Shown in pieces: positions 36,233 to 49,400 of a stretch of 64,000 nt of DNA. Made by a program: the position numbers and the translations under genes. This DNA comes from Iphione sp. A-MEVVRFRX5. Taxonomy: Eukaryota. The stretch covers positions 52,390,001 through 52,454,000 of the forward strand of contig OZ320321.1 in the NCBI GenBank assembly GCA_976226885.1, written 5' to 3'. Positions within the stretch are counted from its first letter, which is position 1. Every line of letters starts with the position of its first letter. The notes beneath the pieces were generated by a model. The model was not told the origin of the DNA. It ran no database searches and saw only the letters and a program-made list of their open reading frames with translations.

Positions 36233-39200
36233 GTTAAGCAACAGTAGTATAACAGGTGGTAAGTTTTACACAGTCATATGGACCAGAATAAGATATTGAG
36301 ATTTGCATTTCCATATCGCAACGTGAATAAGCATATTTGATAATACAGTTAAAGAAAACGGCTTGAATATGAGAGCAATATATCACAGTACATTTGTATA
36401 ATATTGACAGCAGGTAGTGAGGCGCAGCGTTACATCACACGCACGACCGAGGCGGTGTTAATGATAGTTCTACAGTACAAGAGCAACAAATATGTTATTA
36501 TCCTTATGTAGCTGTTAAACTAGAGCTCTAATACCTACACATATTACTGTAATTAGGAGAAGTCACGAGTAGCTATCACAGTTACAGACGAAGTCATCTG
36601 AGTGAGTAGTATGGATCACATAACAGTTGTAGATTGACTTAACTATAGTTTCACAATAGTCCGTTTGGTGGGTGTTACATGGATATACAAGAGTACAGAA
36701 GAGGAAATGTCTGATGAGATGTATGGAATAACATTTTTAAATGTCACATTAAGTCCCTATCTTTCTCTTTCCGACCAGCACATTGAATCGAGGAAAACAC
36801 TGTTACACAGACAAAGTAAATACCTCTGGCCAAGCACAACACTGATTGAGTTATAAAATATAGCGTTAGCACCAATACGCCCATTTCTATTTCTAGTCTA
36901 TGGCAATTATAGTGGATTCACCTAACGCATGCTGGTCTAAATATCTTATGGGCAGTAAGAGGTTGCAATAAGAGAAAAACTAAACAGGAATAAGCTTGAT
37001 CAATGGAAACGTATACCTGTGGCAGGTCAAGGTAGTCTTGTCTGTCGCGTCCCTAACTATTACCATCATGAATGGCGCGGCGAACACTCTTTGTCCACCA
37101 TTGTAATGCTTTTACCTGCACTGGTCAGCCGTTCCAGGTTAGAACACATCTGATTTTTTAGTAGCCACACATTTCCTCAGGACATCTGGGATATATAGTT
37201 GTGATGTTGCTGCAAAATACATCAAGGAACCTGGAACGAGAGCTTGAGGTGGTTAAATGCATGCCTTCATTGTTTTTGCTCTCTTCATTACACATTTTAA
37301 TTTTTCGAAGTTTTATTTGCGTCACTCGGTTGGTGGGAACTGTCTTCATGGCCTCAGTATTGAAAAGTGCAAGCCACAAACTATAAAATAAGGAATCTCT
37401 TTTTTCAATGATTTTATAGGGCAGCTTGCATAGGAAAGTGTGTTATCCTACGAGTTCTGCCATTCTCGTCCAATCTGTGAGAGGGGCCACCACCCAGAAG
37501 TTTTTGGGTTATGTCGACATGGCAGTTTATTTTTGGACATAAGCTTGCAATTCCTGACGTATTAATTTGAATAATTTTGCCTGCAGTTCTGTGTGTGGAA
37601 ACAGGTCTGGCTTGGCCAATGCGATAGTGGCAGTTGTTTGAGATGTGGTTATCTATGAATAGCATAATGCATACAGTGTTATTTTTGTACCTTGAAGAAT
37701 ATATTGTCTCATAGTTAGCTATATACACAAACGTTTCTTGGAAAATGAACAGTCTTACCCTCTTCTGATTTCGCTGTATTTCAACACATGATCTTAGAAA
37801 TTATCTTCTGGCTGCTTCTGCATTTCCTCTGAGGCTTTGTCATGGATAGGAACCTTGAGTTGCGATAGCGTAGCCTCATCCAAGGAGTCATTGTCTAATC
37901 TTGTCGTACCTCTGTCATCGAATGACTGAATTGCTTTATATTTCAGCCGCTTTTGTAATGCTAGTGCAGACTTCCTTAAAATTACAAGTGGTTTCTAGGT
38001 GTAAACTGAGGATCTCCTTATGCCTACTGCAAACGTAGGCCTAAAACATCTGTGTTTCTCAGTAAGAAGTAAACACGTAATAGGGTGGGTCGGTCAATGG
38101 TTTCTTTTTTCATACAAATTATCTAGTGAAAAGCATAGACAGCACTTTGCAATCATGGAACCCACCACTCAAGGAGACAGACCATACGGACGCTGATAAT
38201 CTAAGGAATATTTTGGTGTATTGTATAAGTCTGTAGCATTAAGTAGCCTACCAGTGCCTAGTGCAGAATGTCACTACCCTCTCCCTTAGACCTCGCCAAA
38301 GAGCTGAATGTAGATTGCTGAGCGGCGTACATGACTACGACTGTCATTCGCCAGGCCCACTAAAAGAATATCTTTATGGTTGACGTTTGCTAGACTTTGC
38401 TAGATCTTTGAGGTGCAACCGAGTTGTGGGTTGCTAGTCCAGCTTCTTGCTATTCATAAATGTGTGTTGGTGGTTGTTTTTGGCAACCTATGCGGCCTCA
38501 CAAGGGTGACAAGGGCATGGCAGGTTCTTTCCACTATGAGGCATTTTTTCCATATTTAAAGCCACTGATACAGCCCCTTTCCAGACAAGTGTTAAGTAGA
38601 CTCCTATTCCTATGTGTCAGTAATCTAATCCAGCATCAGGCCATTAACGGTCGTGTATGGCCACAACCCATCTCAGTCTGGTTTTCTGTAACACCACTAT
38701 TCCCGCAGTCAGTTGGAGTATGTTGGATTGGGGGAGAAAGTGCCCAGACATAATATGAGCCAGAAGCCTTATCATTGGCCGTACATATGGTCTCATCAGG
38801 AACATAATTAAATATTTTAATATAATCAAGGTTGATACAGATTTCTGTGGAATATTTTGATGGTCCCACTCACCAATAAAATCTTATGTTGTGGAATTAT
38901 TTTAAAAAGAATATTTTTGTTCCTGGTAGCCTGACCGAACCTCCATTTTGGCCTATTGTAACTTTTATATTATTATTATTTTGCAAATATCTTGATAGAA
39001 AATAATGCTACAGACTCATATAGTGGATCATGTTGGTCCTTACATCATTCGCTTTCATGTGACAGTAGTTAGAAGTGAACATTCCAGGGTCGGAAGTTAC
39101 TGTCTGGCTTTCTCAATGGAGCATTTGAATGGTAGAAAGACGTCACCCTACCGACCTTTTCCTCTTTCCTGAAACAGATTTGTTTTGCTTCGTACATAAT

Positions 39201-42200
39201 ATAGGAAGTTTTGGATTGATCCGTTAGACTAGACATTATTGATGTTCAAAGTTAATGATCGATGCTATTCCATATGGCAACGTCATTTTGCACGCACAAG
39301 GGTGATCTGAAATGTAATCTGAAAAAGAAAAGTACAGCATATCCGATTCATTTTTTAGGCATTATCATCAGAACATATCTGTCCAATTATATCTTTGTTG
39401 GTTCTAGATATAATGTCACTATTGATTTCACCAAAGCATTATTAAGTAGGTTGGGCTTACAGGCGGCTCTGCTAAGTGTCATCTACCATCAATGACACCC
39501 TTGCCAACAAATCTTGGTATAAGCGATCATACACTTCTGGACTCGCATCTAGCTGACTGCTTGGGGCTACATTGGTGACACATGTGGTGGTTATCAGTTC
39601 TTTTTTCAACACAGACATTGCTAGTATACGGATTCTCACTCTAATAGAGCTGCCTTGTTGCAGCTGCTTTCATATTTGTCCTGTAGTCACTTTGTTTGCG
39701 TGTGCCTTTTGGTTTTTTTATGCTCAGTCACATTGGACTACTCGTTGGCAACCTAGTCAGCAAATGACCACCTAACAAATACTTAAATTGTATACGACAC
39801 CATGTACTGCTAATTACCTCATGTATATACTAGGTAACACGTGATGGTGTGAGCTTCTTTCAATTGAGCTAATAATAATTATCAGTATACCCACACCCAT
39901 CCGTGAAAGGCAACCTTTCTTTTCTGACTGCCATTATACTGTAATCACATTATTGCATGCTATACATTATGTTTGCACTATTTATTGTTAGATTGGACAT
40001 TGTTCTTGTCCATGAAAAACGATTAATTTCCTCTTGGCGAGATAGTCAAATAAAAAAAAATTGAATCTTGAATCTTGGCAGGGGAGGCAGTCTTACTAGA
40101 TCTGGATATCAATATCCAAGACTACTTTCTGTCAATTCCATAAAACAAAAGAATCGATAGAGCCATACAAGAAGATAATTCCATTCTTAACAAGAATGCA
40201 ATATACGATGAAATATTTTACAAATTTTTAGGATAAATATATTTCGGTTTAACATCCTGTCTGTAAGGCAGACTCTTTGTCTTTGAACCACAGTACGGCG
40301 TAGCACGAAAAAGAAAGCAGATCAATGGTTCATGTGTCCAAAGCTGGAAAGAATTATATGACTTGATTTCATTCATACTGACCGCCGTATAAAACGTTTA
40401 AAACGTATAAAACGTACATACAGACAGACACAAGCGGAGAGCATTTCGCCCTTTTCATGCATTGAATTATTGAAGAGAAAAGGGTTGGTTGACACAACCA
40501 GCAACAGACCCAAGGACGACCTCGTTCAAAGCTCAAGCACGACAGGAACGAGTGACGGCACCTCAAAGAGCAAAAACACACCTAATCTACACTATATGAA
40601 CAGGAAGTATGGGAAATAAAGTATTCAGGAGTCACATGGGAACAAATAGAGAGCAAGAGTGAGAAAGGGAGAGAGAGAGAGAGCCAGATCCAGTCCATAT
40701 GTCTTATAGCTCATAAAGATGGGGTTTACTAAACCTGCAACATCCAATGCAAATATTCACCTGCTCTGGCAGAGAAAATATGTTGGAAAGAAATTTGGAC
40801 GAAAGAAGGGTTTCAAAGAACGACAGTTGGATGTTCGTCAACCTGCCAAGGACTACAATGTAATTACAGATGTTTACATTAGTCCACTGTATTGGGACTT
40901 CAGGCTGCAATCATTAAACTACTTAGCAACTACTAAAAACTGGTTACTTACTCGTTAATTATCTTATAATTGATTACTACATTCTAACAGGTTAAAGATT
41001 ATAATCTTAATTAAACTCTATAGTTGTGTTGATATGTCATTACTAATATTGTAAGATAATATTAAGTATTGAAATGAAGATTAACATTGACAAACCAAAT
41101 TTCATAATGCAACAAGGTTTACAGTGTCTACAAATATTTGCTCTAGGAATTCTGAATAATATCGAAACTGGATGTTATAGGGTATTATCAGTTAGTAGCT
41201 TTCATTGAAGAAAACGGAATAGTCATCCCAGTTGTCTAGTATCAAAACCAACATTTCGAAAAAGACAAGTTATGTCGCAATCTGCTCATTGCACACTAAT
41301 ATTTCATATTAACAGTTCAAGAAATCAGTTTGCTGGTTGACACCACGGCACCCAATCCTAAGTATGTTCGCTCGTGAGAAATTAGGTCCTGCAGATAGGG
41401 TTTTTAAATCACCCTGCACATACCTGAAAATATTCACCTTATCTTTTCTATGGTAAACATGACTGATAAACCTTTGTGCATAATAAAAAGTAAGTACAAC
41501 AAGCCCCCGTTTTGTTTTCTTCTCTCAGATACCCTTTACGTATGCTTTCCCCAAAATGCTAGTTTCCAAATTATTTTATCTACCAAAGTAGATAATCCTG
41601 TTAGGGTCGCGGTGTTTATTAAAAGAACGGAGAGAAACGAAGGTGCCATAAAATTACAGAAGAAAAGGAAGACATGAGATGGTACCACCATCATATTTAT
41701 AGTAAATTGTTGTCGTATGGCGCCTCATTTTGCAATTGCCGCATTAATTAGACTCAACCTCTCATTAAATGAGTACCAACATCGATCGCCTAAGGTTACA
41801 GCTTGTCTATTTGAAGTATGAAGTACCTAAACCTTATACGACACATTATTCTGAGTGACAAGTGATGGATTGGTTCACGTTCCATGAATTGCTCATTAAA
41901 CTTGTTTACTTGACTGATGGGTATTATAAGAAATTTGCACATTTCCTTCGGGACTCACACTTTTCTGATCACTAAAGACTATATCGCTGCTCCTGAATAA
42001 AAGGCTGAAGTACAAACCCATTGGTTTGGTGTGCATTTTATTGTTACAATACAATAAGTTCACACGTCGGGAAAATCATAGCAAAACCAACGGTCACCTT
42101 ATCTGATCCACAGTACAGCAATTTAAAAACCGTCGTATCTCTGCTAATTGCTGCCAACTTCTGCACGAAATGAGACGGCGGTTAAACTCAGCGTCTCTAT

Positions 42201-43356
42201 CGTTAACGTATACTTCCAATAAAATACATGTATAGACTGAAATGTTGTAAAATGGGGACTTTAAAGTGGAATGTGCGAGTTTCCAATATAGAACGTCGCA
42301 ATACAGTTCCACCTGGTTATTTACCCTTTCAGTTTACTGTTTTCAGTTCTTTTCTCTTTCTGTTTACTGTTCCAGCTGACAAATCGCAATAGAAAGCAGA
42401 CTCTGTCTTTGATGAGAAAATGCTTAGCGTATTATTTTAGAGTAAATAAGTTTACAGGCAAAGCTCTGTTAATGAAGCAGATGTATTCCTTCGTTCTGAT
42501 AAACTTCATTAGAGGTTGGCCATTTTAGTGTGATTTTACACAGACATTACTAATATTTATCTGAAATAGTTGCATATTATATGTTTGTGTGGCTGTTTAA
42601 ACTCTAAATGAATATGTCATAGCAAAATTTCGTGACAAGTTGCCGTAGGTAACTACGTTTTCAGAAGTAACCAACTTCTTTATAAAGATGTTTTGTTCCG
42701 AGATCTAAATGATCGAGGTAAACCTGTGTTACAAAACATACCAGTTTAGAAAACGCTAGCGTAGAAGATGAGATGGTTCAAAGAGTCCCCCTTCTCCGCA
42801 TACACAGGCTAGTATACCGTGTCTGGTGATGCCACCTGTCACTTGGTATAAAGTCACTCACAGTCACTCCAACCTTGCCCAGACCATAGCCAGGCTTTGT
42901 TTTATCCATTTAATTGACTTTATACATACATGTACATATACACACATGTATATAAAACACATATATGTGGTTTATTACACAAAGAATGAACTTATAACAG
43001 AGTTGACTAAATTTGAATGAGGAAAATCTTTTTATTCATATTTCTTACAACCATACACATACATGTATCGGCGAATTATTTACAAGGTTAGTTTTTGTCA
43101 TCCGAGTGATTATATATGTACTTTATTCGGTATCTTCCATTCACACAGTTACCAAGGGTGATCCAGGACTTAGTTTGGCGTACACCCATCCACACCCTGT
43201 CCCCACGTTCTTGAACTGGGTAATGTGCCCCCTCCCTAAAGTTACCTGGTACAAATATATATGAACAAAGGCCTCTTCTTGATCCTCCCCTGGCTCGTAT
43301 GTTGTTTTTCATGAGCCTCTTGACCGTCGGTCGGCTTACGTTCCTTCTGACGTTCG

Positions 43357-43482
43357 TCAGTTATCTAGTCTGAATTTAATTGGGCCTGCGATATACCTGC
43401 CGGGAGTGGCGGGGTCAGGGGACAGATAGAAGTCAGCAAAGAGCTGCTGCACTCGTGGTAGATCAAGCGGTTTCTCCCCTCC
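43357..43482 (-). CDS. EF-hand gene last exon (GGEKPLDLPRVQQLFADFYLSPDPATPGRYIAGPIKFRLDN*)
   Basis: Acceptor ttcatcatttcag, phase 0, 126 nt including TGA. Confidence 0.9.
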   Translation of the reverse strand, partial: GGEKPLDLPRVQQLFADFYLSPDPATPGRYIAGPIKFRLDN

Positions 43483-46400
43483 CTGAAATGATGAAAAGGG
43501 CCTTTGTCTAGAACATGCTGTCCGTGCACCTACATCGATAGAGGATCAGATGTGTGCCGGTAGATTCTCGTGATGTGTATGTGGGTTCGCATTCTAGTTC
43601 AATTTAGAAATCCACTCCAAACTGTTTTAGTGTTAGCATTGGTTTAATGGAACTTTGTTGTCATAAAAACATCGCTTCTTCAACGCATAATATGCAGATG
43701 TACATCTATGACTTTGATGAAGTGTTAATTACTAAGACGAAGTGTTAATTACTAAGTGACTGAACAGTGAAAAAAGGACAACAGCTTCCGTTATAATCAC
43801 ACATTTATGAATATGGTTCACAATTGTGTACTTACCTCTGTCATGTGTGCAAAATATCGATCCAGATCTTCGTCTGATGCCAATCTGTAACCCCCGACAA
43901 AGTGCCAAAAATTGCGGTACTCATCTTTGTCCAGGACACCGTCACCTGTAGGTAAATGAACGTTCTCAGATGAACATTACCATCACGGTCTTCCCGGGGC
44001 TGTCGCCAAGGGAAGAAGCAGAAGTCGACCTGGTTGCAGAATTCATATATACAGGTACTTGTATGATGCCTTAATTGACCTCGTCGACAATCGAAATATG
44101 TAATGCACAATTCAAATTAACAGGAGGATCTGTAAAATCGATTAGGGGTCTACTATGAGAGGAAACTGAGATTGTCTCTACATCGTTATTTCATTAACCA
44201 TTTTTAGCGCTTTGTCTCGAGAAAATAGGAAAAACATACTATTTCTGGTTCACATATTTCAGTTTGTGGGCATAGGCTATGGAGCTTGATGAACCTTGAC
44301 TTACAGAATATACAATTCAGACCTTTTATGTCAAGCACTGGGAAGAGCGAATGTGGCACCAGGCGAACCCACTGTGGTAAAGATGCTGGACTTATATCCT
44401 TACTGGCCGCCACAATGTCCTCCCATAGGTGAACCCATTCTTCTCTGATGTGTAAAGCAATCATCCAACATCAAAAACTTGCCATTGAGATAAACGTGTG
44501 CGTCTGATAATTTTAAAAAGTCCGCCGGTACCAATTTGGTTGTCAAACATGTGTTTCATATACTACTTGGCTTACTACTACATGTATATACTATTACGTT
44601 GAAACTTTGTCCATGCAAAATTTAAAGTAGTAACTAAATAGGAATACAGGTATACATCTACTAACAAATTCTATTCATTCTGTAGTAAAACTTCACCGTG
44701 GGAAACTTTATTACAAAGGTACGTAATTCCTGTATGACGTTTCAATGTTTTTGAACTGACATATTTTAAAGTATCATTTTTTATTGTAAAGCTACATATC
44801 TATACTTTCTATTCTGTTCTAATTAATTTTGTGAAAATAGGCTGGTAAAAGTGGCCTCAGACTTCACAGCATTTGAACAGAAAATTAACTTCGATATCAA
44901 GAAGCTCTGTTCTCAGATGCTTCATCAACATAAGAATACCTGTATACAGACAAATTGTCACTTCATGTTGAATCTAGGGAGAGAGGACATTTCATCAATA
45001 TAAAGAATGTCTTGCGTATACCTTTTAGTTTACACAGAAGAGAATAATATAAAATTAGTTTCAAATGACGCACCTGGAAATATAGCCGTCCTTGTTTGTA
45101 TCGGCGCTTTCTAAAAGAATTGACCAGTAGTCGTCATACCCGGCTTTATAAACATCTTTCACTGCTTTGCCATGGAATTCTTCCGTATATTTTCTGAGCC
45201 GCTAAATCGAGAAAATGATTTGATTTTTCAAAGACACGTCACCACGTACCACACCACAAAGTAGCATTGTTCAGAAGGAGAGGAGCAATGTCAAATACAA
45301 GACATTTTGTAACTGTGATATACATGTACATGGTGTTTTAGACACCCAAGCTACACCTTTGTATTTTCGCGTCCAATTGATGGGGCTAAATAATCAAACC
45401 TTAAGCAATAGATGATCAGAATGCAGTGCACATGATATGTTGTATTGGAACGTACTGCTTCAGAAATTTGGGACTAGAGAGTCTCATTGTTAACACAAGG
45501 AGGCACCACTGGGTATGATTCATGTCTGCTGTAGAAGACGTTAGATATAGTGTGCGTCCTGATTCAATCTGGAGCTCATGCCAACTCCACCATCAATATC
45601 GTGAAAGAGAGTTTTTACCAGCCCACTTATTGTAGATATGATTTGAGATTTAGGAGATTTTTCAGAATTTTTCACTGAAAACCATATTCTAAAATTCTTT
45701 TTCAGAAGATTCGGCATGCTGAATATGTCCTACTTTGATTACATATGTAACGGTAGAGATACAGTCGGATATGATTGTATGTGTCTCATACATGAACAAA
45801 CGTTCTTTGACTGACTTGCATTGGTTGCAAAGTGTTGTGTTCCATGTGGATAAAACCATCGTGCCCATTACCGAAATAACTAATAGGCCTACACTGCACA
45901 CTTAATAAGCCTAGATGTGAGACAATATGACGGCAATCAACATATCTCGAAAGTTAGCGCAGAGTCACATCTTGCGCAGAGTCACAATCTTCTCCAAACC
46001 CGAAATATTTTAAAAGGGTAAGTAACGGTAACACGTACTTATCATTTATAAAGCAAGATATTTCTACCCCACTGAAAGAGATTAGATGGCTACACTACAA
46101 GTTTTAGCCTTAACTGGGCATAGGGCTCACATCTAACATTTATTCCATATATGCATTTACTTCACTACAATGTTAGCATAAACCATAAAAGTAGCTAGTT
46201 GACGGGTGCTCGAATAAAATGTGACGGACTGATCAGAAAGCTGCGTCCTTTATTAATATTAACACAGTAAGGTTACAAACCCTCTTAAAGGCATTAATGT
46301 CTGCGCTGTCAATGAAACCATCACCATCAGTATCTGAAATTAAAAATTAAACCATACAATGAGACACTGTAATGACTCAATCAATATATCTTTGTGATGG

Positions 46401-49400
46401 AGCCACGATATGGGGAGCAATTAGATGTGAAATGCTTAACATTAAAATCTATTCTATTTCGGATAGTTGCGTTGTGACTGTGCTTGGGACATTACCGAAA
46501 AACTGTTTAGTTTTTTTCTGATTTTTAGCATTGTCTGTGCGCAAATATAAATGCTTAATACAATGCAGCAGAATTCAAAATGATAGCGACGTTGTAAAAT
46601 CCTGCAGCTGTCATAGTTCAAATGTTTGACACCAGGCAGCACCACTGTCTTGACAGATGTAAACTCAGTACGAGCATAGATAAAATGGAATTGAGTTGAG
46701 AACAACTTGTCAGTTATCTGTGATAATAATTTATGCTTTGGCATATGAATAAGTATTGAAAGATAGTATTTGAGAGTTAGTACCATACCTTTCCACTATG
46801 GCTTATTGGGCATTTACACTTATAGGCTATGCACTGTGCTGCCCTCTACATTGTAGTCTGCAACTGAAGCTGGCGATCATGATAACGGCATCATATAGAG
46901 CCAAAACGATTTTACCCCTTGCAGATAGAAACGTATAGAACAGGTGACACATCGCTATCGTTACATCGTCCAGCATGGTACTTACTGTATGAAACCAATA
47001 CAAGCGTTACAGTGATTATCGACGGTACACTGGTACACCATTAGATTCGCCTGTTTAGCTGCATGTCTATGAGGGGAAATGAAAGCTGCTAAATCATTAG
47101 CTGGCATGTCAAATGAAAGAAACAGTATATTTAATCTCTCGTTGGCGGTGTAATGATGATAATTCCTTCTCTGTTTATAGCTATATAGCTATCGTAACAT
47201 CTCTTTGTCCCTTTGCTAAAATTGGTCCACTAGGCATTATGCCTGCGTTTCCTCCGGGTTTTTTAACACCGTAACGCGGTGCATATTGATGGTGTTTTGT
47301 GCTGATCAATGATAAGCTACACAAAGTGTCAGTCTATACTTTACAGTGTGTTCAATTTAATGATTTTGCTGCTAAATCATGTGAAGGTGATATATATATA
47401 CTATATGTATTCATTTGACGGAGATCAAGGAAGTGCATAAATCTTACCATATACGTGATCAAAGTCTTGTGTTATCTTTCGCAGCTGAAAATCATTGAGA
47501 CTGAATGCCAGTCGCTGTCCCGTTGTATGCACAGCTCGTTTTTCTCTCGTCTGGCCTACAAGATTAACAGAAACACATTGTTCCCTATTGAGATTGCAAC
47601 AGTTTGTAACATGAGCCTGGTTCGAAAAGTGATGTTCGTGAGTAAAGACTGTCCGCCCAAAAATATCTGGTTCACTATATAGGCCTACATGCAAAACTCG
47701 GCTGGGTGTAACTCTCTCCAAGTCCAGTGAGCGAATATCTGTTTATTCAGTGAAACGTGGCCCTTTATATAAAAAGCTGCTTCTAAACATAGGCATAGCC
47801 ATATGGAAAGATGCATAACAGACCTATCTCTGGGGAGAGTTGCATAAAACACTTAGCTATATTTAGTAGGCCTAATGCTTCTGGTTTAATACATGATTCT
47901 TCCAACTCAAACGGGAAGACATCCTGAATAGACATCTAATATGCAGTTCCATCTCCAAATTAATAGGAGGCAACCACAGCTATTCTGACTCACAAATTCC
48001 GAATGGAGACAGCCAGAATTAGTGTAAATGTCATACTAATTGATGTATGCACATCATGGTTTTGCCACATGTGAGGTGGTGGCCTCAGCCATCGTTTTAC
48101 TTTTGCCATGTTTTCTCCTATTTTACAAGCTAAAAGTATGGCAGACGGAAGTCTAAGATAAGATAAGAAATAATTTATTTCATCCTTTCTTCGCCTCGCT
48201 GAGGCGTTGTTGTAGGCTGGATGTTGGTAACATATATACAGTACATGACAGTATATACAATTCAAATTGATATGATATTTCAGTCTAATTGTTGCTTGTC
48301 TCTAATGAAAAGAAAAAATTTCTTAATCAAACATTAAATCTGGATAATTGTCTGAAAATGTCCATTGATTGTATTGACCTTATAAATGGGTCCAAACTGT
48401 TCCAGCTCTTTAGGCCTTGATAATGTATCGATCTTTTAATAAGTTCTGATTTTGGCTTGGTAACAGTTAGCACAGTAGCATCGTGTTGTCTAGTAGTAGC
48501 AGGTGCCTGTCTGGGCAGCAGATTATGAAGAGCCAAACAATGTATGATGCATAGGGTAAACATTTTTCTCCTGTTGCTTATTTCCATGCAGTTAAACAAT
48601 ATATGTAGTTCATGACTAGATAACATTCTTTTCGATCTCTTATATGCTGGTGTTGTAGTATAGATAATTGATAGAGCTTTGTCCTGTAATTTCTGTAACC
48701 TTTCAAGATGTCTCTTATTACAGCAAGATAACATAGCCGTTGAATAATCAACATGTGGCAGTACAAATCCTTTATACAGCCTTACCATATCTACAGTGCC
48801 CAAGTATGGCTTAAGTTTATACAGTAGTGACACTTTTTGCAATATTTTCTTCGTTACCTTTTCAATTTCATTAATGAACTTCATTGATTTTTCAAGAATT
48901 ATACCTAAGTAAGTGTATTTCTCCACATATTCAATTTCTTCATTACCAAGAAAGATACGTCCTACTGGATTAGTGTTATGACAATAGACTGGAAGAATTT
49001 TGGTTTTACCTATATTCATGACTAGCTTGTTCTCGTTGCACCAGTGGAGTAGTTTAACATAATCTAATCTAGAATATAGGATTTTTTCAAGAATGATTAG
49101 TAACATTAAGCTCTGTAATGTCCCCAGCACTTAGTACAAAGGTCTGATTGTATGTGAATTCAAAAGATTAGGCCTAAAAAGAAGTTCTGTGTTTCCAGTA
49201 ACAAGCCAAAAAAAGAGAGGGTCGGTCGGTAGGTACTATTTTCTTTATTTTTCTTTTCTGGAGCGTGTCTCTATCATTATTTTTCTTTTATATAACATGT
49301 CTCTCTCACCATTCATTCTGAAGTTATTCCAAAAACAAGAAAAAATAAATAAAAAGTTACAATTGGCCATAATATGGGGCCGGTTGGGTTACTGGAAACA

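Noticed and set aside
47536-47547. REKR read as a furin site, implying a secreted EF-hand proprotein
   Set aside because: No phase-1 signal-peptide exon was found. The best phase-compatible upstream exon is Arg/Ser-rich without a hydrophobic core, which fits a mitochondrial presequence better.
47556-47771. Intronic TATA (47764-47771) and ATG 47612 as the start of the EF-hand gene
   Set aside because: That ATG frame stops at the acceptor TAG and is out of frame with the EF-hand exons. It would need an unsupported 1-nt indel.
47990-48110. Strong gtgagt donor with upstream ATGs as the first EF-hand exon
   Set aside because: The open frame is phase 2 and the phase-1 frame has two stops. It only fits an AG with no polypyrimidine tract.
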